Below the pieces are notes generated by a model. The model had not been told where the DNA came from and ran no database searches. It was given only the letters and a program-made list of their open reading frames with translations. A stretch of DNA of 64,000 bases from Ilumatobacteraceae bacterium (GTDB taxonomy: Bacteria > Actinomycetota > Acidimicrobiia > Acidimicrobiales > Ilumatobacteraceae): positions 15,653 to 79,652 of the forward strand of contig CAVUJG010000021.1 in the NCBI GenBank assembly GCA_963741755.1, given 5' to 3'. Positions 1 to 9,639 of the stretch are shown in pieces (positions within the stretch are counted from its first letter, which is position 1; each line of letters starts with the position of its first letter). A program made the position numbers and the translations under genes.

Positions 1-277
1 GAAGCACGACCGATCGGCGACGGCATCCGCTCGGCGTGGTTCGTCGAGCCGACCTGATCCCTTCGACGTCACGGTCGATCAACTCCAATCGCCAGCGGCC
101 GCCATCACCGGTGAGGACGCGAAGTTCACCGCGGATCCCGGCTCGCCGGACTGCTTGATCGACGCCATCGACCTCGACGTGCGTGACTCGCTCGACGAGT
201 GGGTAGTTCATTCGTCGAACCGCACAGGTCTCCGCCCAACACCAGTCGTTCACACCACCCGAGAACAGGAGCGAATC

Positions 278-1468
278 ATGAAAGCACTCGTTTGGCACGA
301 CAAGCGCGATGTTCGCGTCGACACCGTTCCCGACCCGACCATCGAGAAGCCGACCGATGTGATCATCGAGGTGACCAGCTCCGGAATCTGCGGCTCGGAC
401 CTCCACCTCTACGACGTGTTGACGATGTTCCTGCACGAAGGTGACATCCTCGGCCACGAACCGATGGGACGCGTCGTCGCGGTCGGCGCCGACATCACCA
501 ACCTCGCCGTCGGCGATCGCGTCGTCGTGCCGTTCAACATCTCGTGCGGCCACTGCTTCATGTGCGACCGCCAGCTGTTTGCCCAGTGCGAGACGACGCA
601 GGTCGTCGAGCAGAACAAAGGCGCGGCGTTGTTCGGCTACACCGAGCTGTACGGCTCGGTCCCGGGAGGTCAGGCCGAACTGCTGCGAGTTCCCCACGCC
701 GACTTCGGTCCGGTCAAAGTCGGCGACGCACCCGACGACCGCTACGTCTACCTGTCCGACGTGCTCCCCACGGCGTGGCAAGCGGTCGATTTCGCCGACA
801 TCCCCGAAGGCGGTTCCGTGCTGGTCGTCGGACTCGGCCCCATCGGCCAGATGGCCGTCAGGATCGCCCGTCATCGCGGCGCCGGCCAGGTCATCGCCGT
901 CGACAGCGTTGCCGAACGCCTCGCCCTCGCCTCACGATGGGGCGCCGACACGATCGACGGCTCGAACCTGTCCGGTGCCGAACTCGTCGAAGCGATCCGC
1001 ATGCGCACGAACGGACGGGGACCTGACTCGGCGATCGACGCAGTTGGCATGGAGGCCCACGGCAGCCCGATCCTCGAGACCGTACAGAAAGCGGCGGGCC
1101 TGCTCCCCGACCGGTTGGCCGCGCCGCTGACCGAACGCTTCGGCGTCGACCGTCTCGCTGCGCTCACCTTGACGCTCGAGGCGGTCCGGCGCGGTGGCAC
1201 GGTGTCGATCATCGGCGTGTACGGCGGCATGAAAGACCCGTTGCCGATGATGACGATGTTCGACAAGGGCCTGACGATCCGGATGGGACAGGCCCACGTC
1301 AAGCGGTGGATCCCCGACATCCTGCCCCTCGTCGAAGACGACGCCGACCCGTTGGGCACGATGGATCTCGCCACGCATCACATCAGCCTCGACGAGGCTC
1401 CGGCCGCGTACGAGACGTTCCAAGCCAAAGCTGACGGGATGATCAAGGCCATCATCAACCCGGCCTGA
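278..1468 (+). CDS. Zn-dependent alcohol/formaldehyde dehydrogenase (MDR family)
   Basis: ATG 278 is preceded by GGAG. The upstream part of track ORF 155..1468 is an extension. Motifs GICGSDLH, GHEPMG and the structural-Zn box CGHCFMCDRQLFAQC are present. Confidence 0.85.
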   Translation: MKALVWHDKRDVRVDTVPDPTIEKPTDVIIEVTSSGICGSDLHLYDVLTMFLHEGDILGHEPMGRVVAVGADITNLAVGDRVVVPFNISCGHCFMCDRQLFAQCETTQVVEQNKGAALFGYTELYGSVPGGQAELLRVPHADFGPVKVGDAPDDRYVYLSDVLPTAWQAVDFADIPEGGSVLVVGLGPIGQMAVRIARHRGAGQVIAVDSVAERLALASRWGADTIDGSNLSGAELVEAIRMRTNGRGPDSAIDAVGMEAHGSPILETVQKAAGLLPDRLAAPLTERFGVDRLAALTLTLEAVRRGGTVSIIGVYGGMKDPLPMMTMFDKGLTIRMGQAHVKRWIPDILPLVEDDADPLGTMDLATHHISLDEAPAAYETFQAKADGMIKAIINPA

Positions 1469-1525
1469 CGGCCTCTTTGCATGCAGTGAGCTGGCTGTCC
1501 AACCATCTCGTGGGTTCCGGTATCG

Positions 1526-2761
1526 ATGACGTTGGCGCATGGATCTCGTCGCGCTGGGTACCGCAGGTGCGTGGCTCAACAGTTGGTCGTGGTCACCGGC
1601 TCCCGCAGTGACGGCGTTCGCTGGTACGGAGAGCAGCTGGCACGGGTACGCGCGGCGACGGGGCGACCGACGCTCGTGTGCTCCGTGCCGAACAGCTCGA
1701 GCGAATGCGACGACGCAATCATCCTGAACGCGCTCAGCCGACAACCAGTGAGCGAGTCAGCGCAGATCCTCTTGCACGTCGCACCCAGACTCTGGCGATC
1801 CGACGCCCCCATTCGTCAGGCCGCACTGAACGCACGGCACCTGGGTAGACCGGTTGTGGCCACGCTGCACGAACTGCCGGAACACACCGATGGCCACGAA
1901 CGCTACGAACGCATCGCCGGGGCGTGCCGCGACATCCGCTCGGTCGTTGACGCGGTCGTGGTTGCAAGTTCCCTCGAGGCGCGCCTTGCCGCTGCCATCG
2001 GCGTGGATGCTCACGTCGTGTTCCGTCCGGTCTTCCCTGGGACACGATCAAATGGCCACATCGAGCACGACGAGCTCAGACTCGCAGTGCTCGGGCGCAT
2101 CCACCCGGGCGATGGTGTGTTGGGTCTCGTCGACAGCCTCGCCGATCGTCGAGGCAAGCTGTCTTCGCGTACGGCGGTTCGCGTCGTCGGAGACTCGGCA
2201 CCGAGCGACGCGTGGCACCTCGACGACATCATCGAAGCAGCTCGCCGAACTCAACTGCCCTTCACCGTGAGTGGAGAAGTCTCGCAACACGCATGGTCCG
2301 AGGAGATCGCAGCAACGACGGTGCCGGTCGTACCACAACGCAGCGTGTCGGCTTCCAGGACGATCTGCGATTGGATTGCCCATGGCCGCCGGCCGTTCGC
2401 TCGCCGCTCGGCCTTCGCCTGCGAGCTCGCAGAACGGGCACCCGGCTACGTCCACTTCGTCGAGGACGACGACTGGATCAGCGTCGTACAACAAGCCGTC
2501 GACGACCCGACTCTGACGTGGTCGGACACGTCGCCAGAGGCACTGTCGGCTTCCAACGCTGTCGACGCACTCGATGCCGTCTTCGACGCGCTGCCTCATC
2601 CCACCTGCGTCGACGGCATGACCGACGACGAGCCGATACGACGCGCAGAAGTCGGCGTGTCGTCCACGGCATCGCACGGCGTGGAAACCTCGCCCGGTCG
2701 ACGTGACACGCTCACCCACCAGCCCGGGCGACGTGAAGCTGATCCTCGTCCGACATGGTGA
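1526..2761 (+). CDS. hypothetical protein (weak glycosyltransferase-like feel, not supported by motifs)
   Basis: The long ORF has coding-like composition and fills the gap between neighbours. I recognise no diagnostic motif. Start is uncertain. Confidence 0.4.
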   Translation: MTLAHGSRRAGYRRCVAQQLVVVTGSRSDGVRWYGEQLARVRAATGRPTLVCSVPNSSSECDDAIILNALSRQPVSESAQILLHVAPRLWRSDAPIRQAALNARHLGRPVVATLHELPEHTDGHERYERIAGACRDIRSVVDAVVVASSLEARLAAAIGVDAHVVFRPVFPGTRSNGHIEHDELRLAVLGRIHPGDGVLGLVDSLADRRGKLSSRTAVRVVGDSAPSDAWHLDDIIEAARRTQLPFTVSGEVSQHAWSEEIAATTVPVVPQRSVSASRTICDWIAHGRRPFARRSAFACELAERAPGYVHFVEDDDWISVVQQAVDDPTLTWSDTSPEALSASNAVDALDAVFDALPHPTCVDGMTDDEPIRRAEVGVSSTASHGVETSPGRRDTLTHQPGRREADPRPTW

Positions 2762-2844
2762 CGCCCACGCCGGACTCAGCGGTCATCGTCGCGACGGCGT
2801 TGGCGTGGTTCGACAGCTGCGAGTTGATGGCTTCGAGGTGGTCG

Positions 2845-3564
2845 TCAGGTTGTCGGGAACCAGTGTCCGGCCCAACGTGGCGGGCGGAAGGGTTGCCAGG
2901 TTTCGGCTTCCTGTGCGAGACGATCGGCGACGACAACGGCGACAGCGGGGTTGTGTCCGAGGCCGAGATGACTGCCACGCACCTCGACGTTCTCGCTGAG
3001 AGCGCCCCCTGGCAACAGCGACGTGCGCCACGCGACGATGGCGTCGCTTCTGCTGTACACCGAGGTGGTCGGGATGCCCGACGGAGGATGACGACGACCG
3101 ACCAGGGGACTCCCGAGCGTGACGACCGAGCGAACCGCACCGGGTCGACGTCGGGCGAGTTCGATGGCGTGAACGCCGCCGAGGCTCCATCCCACCAGGC
3201 TGACCGGACCGTGCTCGTGCTTGGTTGCGAGGAGCTGGTCGAGTCCGTCTGTGACGTGACGACCGAAGCCGCGGTTGGTGCCGAGGCCCCAACCGAAGGC
3301 GAGGTAGCCGAGCCGACCGAGGAACCAGCGAAGTGGCGCGGTCGAGGCGTCGCCGGCGCCCAGTCCGGGGAGTACGAGTACGGCGCGGCCGTCACCCCGG
3401 CGCGACATTGCCAACAGCGGGCCCGCGGTCATCGCGAACGAGATGAACTCTGGTGCCGCCCGCGCTTCGCGGATCGCCACACTCTGCCACCCAGGGCGCT
3501 CCACCATGGACACAACAGTTCCACACGGAGCGCGAGCGAAACTCTGAGGCGGAGCCTGTGACAT
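2845..3564 (-). CDS. alpha/beta hydrolase
   Basis: Internal ATG at 3564 (MSQAPP...) avoids overlap with the divergent PP2C gene. Nucleophile elbow GWSLGG is present and the C-terminus has GSHLGLGHNP. Confidence 0.7.
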   Translation of the reverse strand: MSQAPPQSFARAPCGTVVSMVERPGWQSVAIREARAAPEFISFAMTAGPLLAMSRRGDGRAVLVLPGLGAGDASTAPLRWFLGRLGYLAFGWGLGTNRGFGRHVTDGLDQLLATKHEHGPVSLVGWSLGGVHAIELARRRPGAVRSVVTLGSPLVGRRHPPSGIPTTSVYSRSDAIVAWRTSLLPGGALSENVEVRGSHLGLGHNPAVAVVVADRLAQEAETWQPFRPPRWAGHWFPTT

Positions 3565-3604
3565 CGACTGGCCGGGATGGTTCGAGACGAATAGTGTCAC
3601 CGGT

Positions 3605-6136
3605 GTGCCTGCCCGGGGTCGGATGTCGATGGCGTCTGGGTCAGTGCTCGGTCTTGTGGCTCTGACCGTGATCGCAGCGACGGCTGCTGTGTTCACGGCG
3701 GCGTCAGCTTGGTCGCAGGCCGAGGCTGCCGACCGTTCGGCGGCGCGCGTTGCTGCGGATCGTTTCGAGACGAGTCTGACTGCGGCGACGAGTTCAGTGG
3801 CGGGTGTCGGGGCGTTGGCAGTTGACGGCAGCGTCGATGGCGACGAGTTCGAGGTGTTCGCGACCGAAGCATCTGCAGGCTCGGGAATTTCGGCGTTGGC
3901 GTTCTTCGAGGTGGTCGGGGACGCCGATCGAGCGATGTGGGAGGAATCGACCGGACTCTCGATGAAGGACACTGATGGCAGCGGTGGGTTCGTGCCGGCG
4001 AAACCGCGCGATGTGCACGTGGTGATGCGCTATGCGGCTCCGGTGAACGACACGACTCGTAGCGTGTTGGGGTTCGACCTTCTGAGCGACCCGATGCGGG
4101 CCCAAGGAATCGACGCGGCGAGCGGCGACGACGGAGCTCAACTCGTCGGACCGATCGCCACCGTCACGGGCGCCCGTCCTGGCTTGTTCTTGACGGCAGC
4201 CGTGCGAGACAGCACAGACACGCTGGTGGGGTTCATTGCGTCTGGGATTGCCCTCGATGATGCTGCTCAACGACTGAGCGCACTCACAGGTATTCGTGAT
4301 GTGGGCGTCGTGATCGACGGCACGCCGTTGCTCGAGGCACCACGCGGATCGGCGTCGGAGACGTTCACGTTGGCAGGTCGGACATTCACGGTGACTGCAA
4401 GTGACGGGCAGGCGGCGAACTGGTTGCTTCCTGCGGTGTTGACAGCGATGACACTGCTCTTGGCGGTCGGCGCGGTCCGAGCTGCTCGCCGTGACCGATC
4501 CGAGCGCTCACGGGAACTGCGGGCGACCGAGCGTTCGCAGCTGCTCACCCGGCTCGCCGAAGAGCTCGGGAGCGCAACGAGCACCGACCAGACCACACAG
4601 TTGGCAGTCGACCGCTCCGGCCCGATCGTGGGCGCCCGCCACACGAACGTGGCCATTCGCGATCCCAGCGACCCATCGAAGCTGCGAGTGGTCCACGACG
4701 CCGGGATGAGGGTCGCACTGGCGGACCGATTCGCCGAGCAGAGCATTCGCGACGATCTGCCGTTGGCGCGAGCAGCGACGACCGGATCCAGCGTGTGGAT
4801 CGCGAACCGTGAGGAGTACGCCGCTGCGTACCCCGACGTCATCGACGACGTTGTCGCCGCTGGCATCCATGCAACGTGTTGCGTACCGCTCAGCCTCGGG
4901 GTCGACGCGAGCGTCGGGGTGATCGGCTTTGCGTTCGACCATCCGCTCGAAGCGCACGACCGGGCGGAGATCGAGTCGGCAGCCGCGGTCGTCAGCCAGT
5001 TGACGGGCCGCGCGCTGGACCGCGTCAGAGTCCGCGAGTTGGTCCAGCACCGCGTCGACCTGCTGTCGGACTTTGCCCGCGAACTCACGACCGTCCGAAC
5101 GTCCAGCGGCGTCGCCGCTGTGGTCGCAGACACGGTGCCTCAGTTGCTGGACCTCGAGTCGGCCACCCTCGTCGAGGATGTCGAGGAGTCCACCGACCCT
5201 GAGATCCGCAGCTATCGGCTCCGCGGAGAAGCCGAGGATCACTTGATCGTCCGACCCCACCCAGGCAGGGTGTGGGCGCCGATCGACGAGACACTCGCCC
5301 ACACGGTTGCCGACCTCGTCGGCGGTGCACTCAGCCGAACCCGATTGCACGACCAAGAACGCGCAGTCCTTCGCCGGCTTCAGCACAGCCTGCTCAGCCC
5401 GCCACCCGACATCGACGGTTTCGACATCGCTGTCGGTTACCGATCTGCGCTGACTGCGATCGACATGGGAGGCGACTGGTACTCGATCATCGACACCCCT
5501 GACGCCGTGTACGCCATCATCGGGGACATCGCCGGGCATGGCCCTGGAGCGGTCGCGCTCATGGCCGAGGCCAAGACCATTGTGCGACACCTGCTCGCCA
5601 CCGGCACATCACTGATCGAGGCAGTCGCCCACACCGACCGCACGCTCCAACGACGACACGCCTATGCGTCGATGATCGTCGCCCGCATCGACAAACGAAG
5701 CAACTGCCTCGACTATCTCAACGCCGGCCATCCGCCCGCCCTGTGCTTCACGCGAACGGGGGTCGTCCAGCTCGACGACGTCCACCGGCCCTGGCTCGGC
5801 GTCGCGTCGGAACTTCAGCTGACAACCACCCGCATCTCCTTCGAGGGGGGCCACCTGCTGCTGCTCTACACCGACGGGCTCGCGGAACAACGCAACGAAC
5901 CCCTCGACGACAGCATCCGCAACCATCTCCACGCACTCGACACCGCGCCACCGACCCAGCAGATCGTCGACCGCCTCCTGTTCGAACGCGAACAACGACG
6001 CAACTCTGCGACTCCCGACGATGACATCGCCGTCGTCGCGATCCGCCGAATTCCCCCTCCCCCAACGAGTGTGCCCGACGATTGCGAGGCGGCAGCACCC
6101 GTTCAAACCGATCGCGGCGGCGTTGGGATCGGCTAA
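3605..6136 (+). CDS. membrane sensor: CHASE-like extracytoplasmic domain, GAF, PP2C/SpoIIE Ser phosphatase (RsbU-like)
   Basis: An N-terminal TM is followed by a periplasmic block (FDLLSDPMRAQGIDAA...GPIATVTGARPGLF) and a second TM. The C-terminus has the PP2C core GGDWYSIID...GDIAGHGPGAVALMAE...LLLYTDGL. Confidence 0.85.
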   Translation: MPARGRMSMASGSVLGLVALTVIAATAAVFTAASAWSQAEAADRSAARVAADRFETSLTAATSSVAGVGALAVDGSVDGDEFEVFATEASAGSGISALAFFEVVGDADRAMWEESTGLSMKDTDGSGGFVPAKPRDVHVVMRYAAPVNDTTRSVLGFDLLSDPMRAQGIDAASGDDGAQLVGPIATVTGARPGLFLTAAVRDSTDTLVGFIASGIALDDAAQRLSALTGIRDVGVVIDGTPLLEAPRGSASETFTLAGRTFTVTASDGQAANWLLPAVLTAMTLLLAVGAVRAARRDRSERSRELRATERSQLLTRLAEELGSATSTDQTTQLAVDRSGPIVGARHTNVAIRDPSDPSKLRVVHDAGMRVALADRFAEQSIRDDLPLARAATTGSSVWIANREEYAAAYPDVIDDVVAAGIHATCCVPLSLGVDASVGVIGFAFDHPLEAHDRAEIESAAAVVSQLTGRALDRVRVRELVQHRVDLLSDFARELTTVRTSSGVAAVVADTVPQLLDLESATLVEDVEESTDPEIRSYRLRGEAEDHLIVRPHPGRVWAPIDETLAHTVADLVGGALSRTRLHDQERAVLRRLQHSLLSPPPDIDGFDIAVGYRSALTAIDMGGDWYSIIDTPDAVYAIIGDIAGHGPGAVALMAEAKTIVRHLLATGTSLIEAVAHTDRTLQRRHAYASMIVARIDKRSNCLDYLNAGHPPALCFTRTGVVQLDDVHRPWLGVASELQLTTTRISFEGGHLLLLYTDGLAEQRNEPLDDSIRNHLHALDTAPPTQQIVDRLLFEREQRRNSATPDDDIAVVAIRRIPPPPTSVPDDCEAAAPVQTDRGGVGIG

Positions 6137-6158
6137 GCGATCCGTGGGGCTCGTGTGG

Positions 6159-6560
6159 TCAGGTGATCGCTGGTGCTGCCAGACGGAACCACACCGTCTT
6201 CGAGTCCGAGTTTCGTGTCGAACCCCAGTCGGTCGCGAGCCGGTCCACCAGCCTCAGTCCGAACCCGCCGACCGTGTGCGGTAGCCGGTCGATGACCATG
6301 ACCTGACTGTCGGGCGAAGTGTCAGTGACACCGACTTCGATGTGCGGGCCAGCGGGATCGAACATCAGGGAGAGCCCACACGACCCGGTCGTGTGGAGCA
6401 TCACGTTCGAAATCAACTCCGATGTCATCAGGGCAGTGTCCGCAATGGTTGCCGACGGGGTCACCGAGTGGAGAGCTTCGCTGATCAACTGTCGCGCCTC
6501 ACCGCTCGCTCGGTCGCTTCGTTCGACGTCCCACTGCTTGCGAAAGTGGTGTGTAGCCAA
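6159..6560 (-). CDS. ATP-binding anti-sigma-factor-type Ser kinase (RsbW/HATPase_c_2-like)
   Basis: The conserved part is the last ~130 aa of track ORF 6159..7190: N-box ELISNVMLH and G-box GGFGLRLVDRLA. A TTG at 6560 follows GGGG. The upstream part of the ORF overlaps the ANTAR gene and is Arg-rich shadow. Start is uncertain. Confidence 0.65.
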   Translation of the reverse strand: MATHHFRKQWDVERSDRASGEARQLISEALHSVTPSATIADTALMTSELISNVMLHTTGSCGLSLMFDPAGPHIEVGVTDTSPDSQVMVIDRLPHTVGGFGLRLVDRLATDWGSTRNSDSKTVWFRLAAPAIT

Positions 6561-6706
6561 GACAAACCCCTGTCTCTTCGATTCGTTCCATGCGCGGCCG
6601 GGGTCTGGGGCTCTGTGGGGTCCAGTATGCCCGAAGTCGCGACGGACAAACACACTCGGTGAGACGCAGCGTCGCTGCGATTGGCACGTGACGCATTCGG
6701 TTGGAG

Positions 6707-7450
6707 TCAGATCATGTCTTGGCGAACGTCGATCGTGTTGTCCACGATGCCCTGGCACACCGCCGTGAGACCCAGTTGGCGGCTCCGGGCGTACGCCCGG
6801 ATGATGGCAAACGCCTCGTCGACAGTGGTGCCGGCGCGCTCGGCCACCACACCCTTGGCCTGCTCGATGCGTATGCGGCTGTTCAACGCTGCAGTGAGGT
6901 GCGTATTGATCACCTCGACGTCGGAGATGGTTCGCTGCTGCAGGATCCCGACGGTTGCGATGTCCGACAATGCCCGCACGAGGCGCGCATCGCCGGGCGA
7001 CAAGGCGCCGGGCTCGACACACAGCAAGTTGACCGCACCGATCACTTCGTTGCGCAGTTGCATCGGGACGCTGTGCACCGACCCGAATCCCGCAGCGACG
7101 GCACGAGGCGTGAACTTCGGCCACCGCTCCGCCTGGTCGGACAGCTGTTCGGCGTTGATGGTGATCCCACCACGGAACGCGTCGAGGCATGGACCGTCAT
7201 CGTTCTGCAATTCGAAGAGTTCGAGGAGATACGACCGCTCGGTGGAGGCAGCAACCGCCTGCAGGCGGCCGGGCCGCGCACCGATCATGACGCCGACTTC
7301 GTCCACGTCGGTCAGTTCGACGCACTGCGCGGTCAGATAGTGGAGGAAATCGATCACGTCGTAGTCCTCCACCAGCGTGTCGGACAGGTGGACGAACGCG
7401 TCGATGATCGCGCCCTCGCGATCCACGCTGCGTGCAACGGGGTCAGTCAT
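6707..7450 (-). CDS. GAF-ANTAR RNA-binding antiterminator-type regulator
   Basis: Start ATG is at 7450 (MTDPVARS). The C-terminal ANTAR signature is RIRIEQAKGVVAERAGTTVDEAFAIIRAYARS. An N-terminal GAF-like region is present. Confidence 0.85.
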   Translation of the reverse strand: MTDPVARSVDREGAIIDAFVHLSDTLVEDYDVIDFLHYLTAQCVELTDVDEVGVMIGARPGRLQAVAASTERSYLLELFELQNDDGPCLDAFRGGITINAEQLSDQAERWPKFTPRAVAAGFGSVHSVPMQLRNEVIGAVNLLCVEPGALSPGDARLVRALSDIATVGILQQRTISDVEVINTHLTAALNSRIRIEQAKGVVAERAGTTVDEAFAIIRAYARSRQLGLTAVCQGIVDNTIDVRQDMI

Positions 7451-8159
7451 GCTCGGCCCACGATTGGATACGGAGTTGGCGGTCCAGGACATCACGCGCG
7501 ATGTCAGCGAGCGGGCGCCCTGTCACGAACGCCACGGCACGCATCCGCAGCAGCGCCTCGTCGACGTGGATGTCGAGTTGCGCCGACACCATGCCCGACG
7601 CATTGTGGACGACCGCCGAATGAATCCATGTGTCACTCGGCTCGGCCGCCAGATCGACGCCGTCGATGGTGGAGGCAGCGTCGAAGTGTTCGACGGCCAG
7701 CGCTGCGAGATCTGCGAGCATCATCGAATCCTCGACCTGATCGGGGGTGAGGTCGCCGCGCCGTTGCGAGTAGACGTCCAAGGCTCCGAGCGCCTGACCG
7801 CCCCACATCAGTGGGAAGGCAAATGCGCCCAGCATCCCGTGCTCGACCGCCGCCGGGGAAAATCGTGGCCACCGCTGCTGTGCTCTCGCTGATGACAGAT
7901 CAGGTTCCAGATAGCGATGTCGCGACGACATCGCCTCGACGCAAGGCCCCTCGTCGAGTTCGTTCTGCAAGTTCTCGACCGCAAGGACGGTGGCGTCGGT
8001 GGCAACCAGTGTCTCTCGTGATACTCCGACGATGCGTGTCACACCCGCGCCGTCGATACCGGTGTCAGTGCACACACGACAAATTCGTTCGAGGACCGAC
8101 GTCGAGCCGCTCGAGCGCTGCAGCGACGACATCAACCGGTTCAAACGACGCTCATCCAT
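7443..8159 (-). CDS. GAF-ANTAR RNA-binding regulator (paralogue)
   Basis: Start ATG is at 8159 (MDERRLNRL). The C-terminal ANTAR is SAQLDIHVDEALLRMRAVAFVTGRPLADIARDVL. Its stop overlaps the start of the next ANTAR gene (ATGACTGA). Confidence 0.85.
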   Translation of the reverse strand: MDERRLNRLMSSLQRSSGSTSVLERICRVCTDTGIDGAGVTRIVGVSRETLVATDATVLAVENLQNELDEGPCVEAMSSRHRYLEPDLSSARAQQRWPRFSPAAVEHGMLGAFAFPLMWGGQALGALDVYSQRRGDLTPDQVEDSMMLADLAALAVEHFDAASTIDGVDLAAEPSDTWIHSAVVHNASGMVSAQLDIHVDEALLRMRAVAFVTGRPLADIARDVLDRQLRIQSWAEHD

Positions 8160-8388
8160 TCCGATCCGTTCTTCGTGACGAAGACTCGACGCTAACACGG
8201 CCGGTTCCTGCCACGTCCCTCGAGCACCCGAGCGTTCGGCACGCCGAGTCGACGTCGCCGCCACGGGTGTGTGGACGTCGTGCGACCGGTGGGCGAGCAA
8301 ACGATGACGATCTCAGTGCGCAGAACCGGATGCATCTGTGCGAACGCTCCGCCGTCCCCCGGCACCGGGTCCGCTTCATTTCGTGACG

Positions 8389-8697
8389 CTACGAGGCACT
8401 CGAATCGATGTGAAGGCTGTCGTGAACGCCGGTGATCTCGAACAACCGTTGCACGGCCCTGCTCGGTGTGACCACGATGAGCCGACCACCGCGGGCCTCG
8501 AGCTCGGTATGCGCGCTCAATATCGCGCGCAGCCCGCTGGAGTCCATGAACGTGCACTTCGACAGCACGACACGGACAACACCATGGTCGCTCTGGTCGG
8601 CAAGCGCTCGGGTGAGCACGGGTGCGCTGTGCGCGTCCAGTTCGCCAATCACCGCGACCACACCATCGCCGAGATCTTCCAACTCGATTTCGGACAC
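8389..8697 (-). CDS. STAS-domain anti-sigma-factor antagonist (RsbV/SpoIIAA-like)
   Basis: 102 aa with a GTG start. The phosphorylatable motif FMDSSGL and the C-terminal RLFEITG are typical of the family. Confidence 0.9.
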   Translation of the reverse strand: MSEIELEDLGDGVVAVIGELDAHSAPVLTRALADQSDHGVVRVVLSKCTFMDSSGLRAILSAHTELEARGGRLIVVTPSRAVQRLFEITGVHDSLHIDSSAS

Positions 8698-8885
8698 ACT
8701 GCAGTATCCACGTTGAAGATGATCGTTTCAAGTCCAAACACTCTGCGTCGGCGGTGGACAGGTCGGCTGTGGCACGGGAGCCGGTGCTCACCTGGACCTC
8801 CTCACGTCTCGGGTAGACCTGCGATGCCCCCGAGCGCGAACGTTCAAACACGACACGTTGGGTGGCCGGCCGCGCCACCTCCGGG

Positions 8886-8920
8886 AGATCGAGTTGCGCC
8901 CGGCAGATTGAGTTGCGTCC
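8886..8920 (+). promoter_or_regulatory. tandem direct repeat AGAT(C/T)GAGTTGCG(C/T)CC x2, period 19 nt, just upstream of the hemerythrin start
   Basis: Copy 1 is at 8886-8901 and copy 2 at 8905-8920, with 14 of 16 nt identical. They lie 22 nt before ATG 8942. Function is unknown. Confidence 0.3.
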
Positions 8921-8941
8921 ATCAGGGGTAGATGACTGCCC

Positions 8942-9625
8942 ATGGCAACAACGAAGAACTCCGCCAAGAAGAAGTCGGCAGCGAAATCCACGGCGAAGAA
9001 GACGGCGGCCACGCGGTCCACCGCCCGGAAGACGACGCCATCCTCGACACCGAGCGACGCGATCGCCGTGTTGAAAGCCGACCACGGCCGAGTCGCCGAC
9101 CTGTTCGACAAGTTCGAGGGACTCGGCGACCGAGCCCACAAGACGCGTGAGGCGACGGTGGGAAAGATCATCGAAGAACTGTCCGTCCACGCAGGCATCG
9201 AGGAAGAGGTCTTCTACCCCGCGGTACGTGAACGGTTCGCCGACAAGGGCGACAGCCAAGTACTGGAAGCCCTCGAAGAACACCATGTCGTCAAGCTGCT
9301 CCTTGTCGAACTCGAATCGATGCCGTCCACCAGCGAGCGGTACACGGCGAAGGTCACGGTGCTGAGGGAGATCGTCGATCACCACGTCGACGAAGAGGAG
9401 GACGAGCTCTTCAAGAAGGTTCGACAGGAATTCACACGTTCCGAACTGGTGCAGCTGGGTGCGGACCTCACCGCTGCGCGCGACTCGGCACCCACCCGCC
9501 CCCACCCCGAAGCGCCCGACACGCCTCCCGGCAATGTCGTTGCGAACGTGGTCGTCGCACCGCTCGATGCCGCCACGGAGGTCACCAAGCGGGCCGCAGG
9601 GACAATTCGCGACCTGATCGACTGA
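8942..9625 (+). CDS. hemerythrin (HHE cation-binding) domain protein with Lys/Ala/Thr-rich basic N-terminal tail
   Basis: The first ~40 aa are AKKKSAAKSTAKKTAATRSTARKTT. Hemerythrin-type H/E motifs follow (LKADHGRV, HAGIEEEVFYP, EEHHVVK, IVDHHVDEEEDELF). Confidence 0.85.
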   Translation: MATTKNSAKKKSAAKSTAKKTAATRSTARKTTPSSTPSDAIAVLKADHGRVADLFDKFEGLGDRAHKTREATVGKIIEELSVHAGIEEEVFYPAVRERFADKGDSQVLEALEEHHVVKLLLVELESMPSTSERYTAKVTVLREIVDHHVDEEEDELFKKVRQEFTRSELVQLGADLTAARDSAPTRPHPEAPDTPPGNVVANVVVAPLDAATEVTKRAAGTIRDLID

Positions 9626-9639
9626 GTGCGCGAGCGGGG

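Noticed and set aside
1-211. Possible partial genes at the left edge (a + frame ending in TGA at 55-57, and a - strand ORF starting at ATG 211)
   Set aside because: They are too short, have no recognisable motifs, and the two readings conflict. They could not be supported.
6561-6706. Search for ANTAR-type dual hexaloop hairpins in leaders within the regulator cluster (also 8160-8388)
   Set aside because: I found only a triloop hairpin (CGCAGC-GAC-GCUGCG) and a short hairpin near the RBS. Neither fits the two-hairpin hexaloop pattern.
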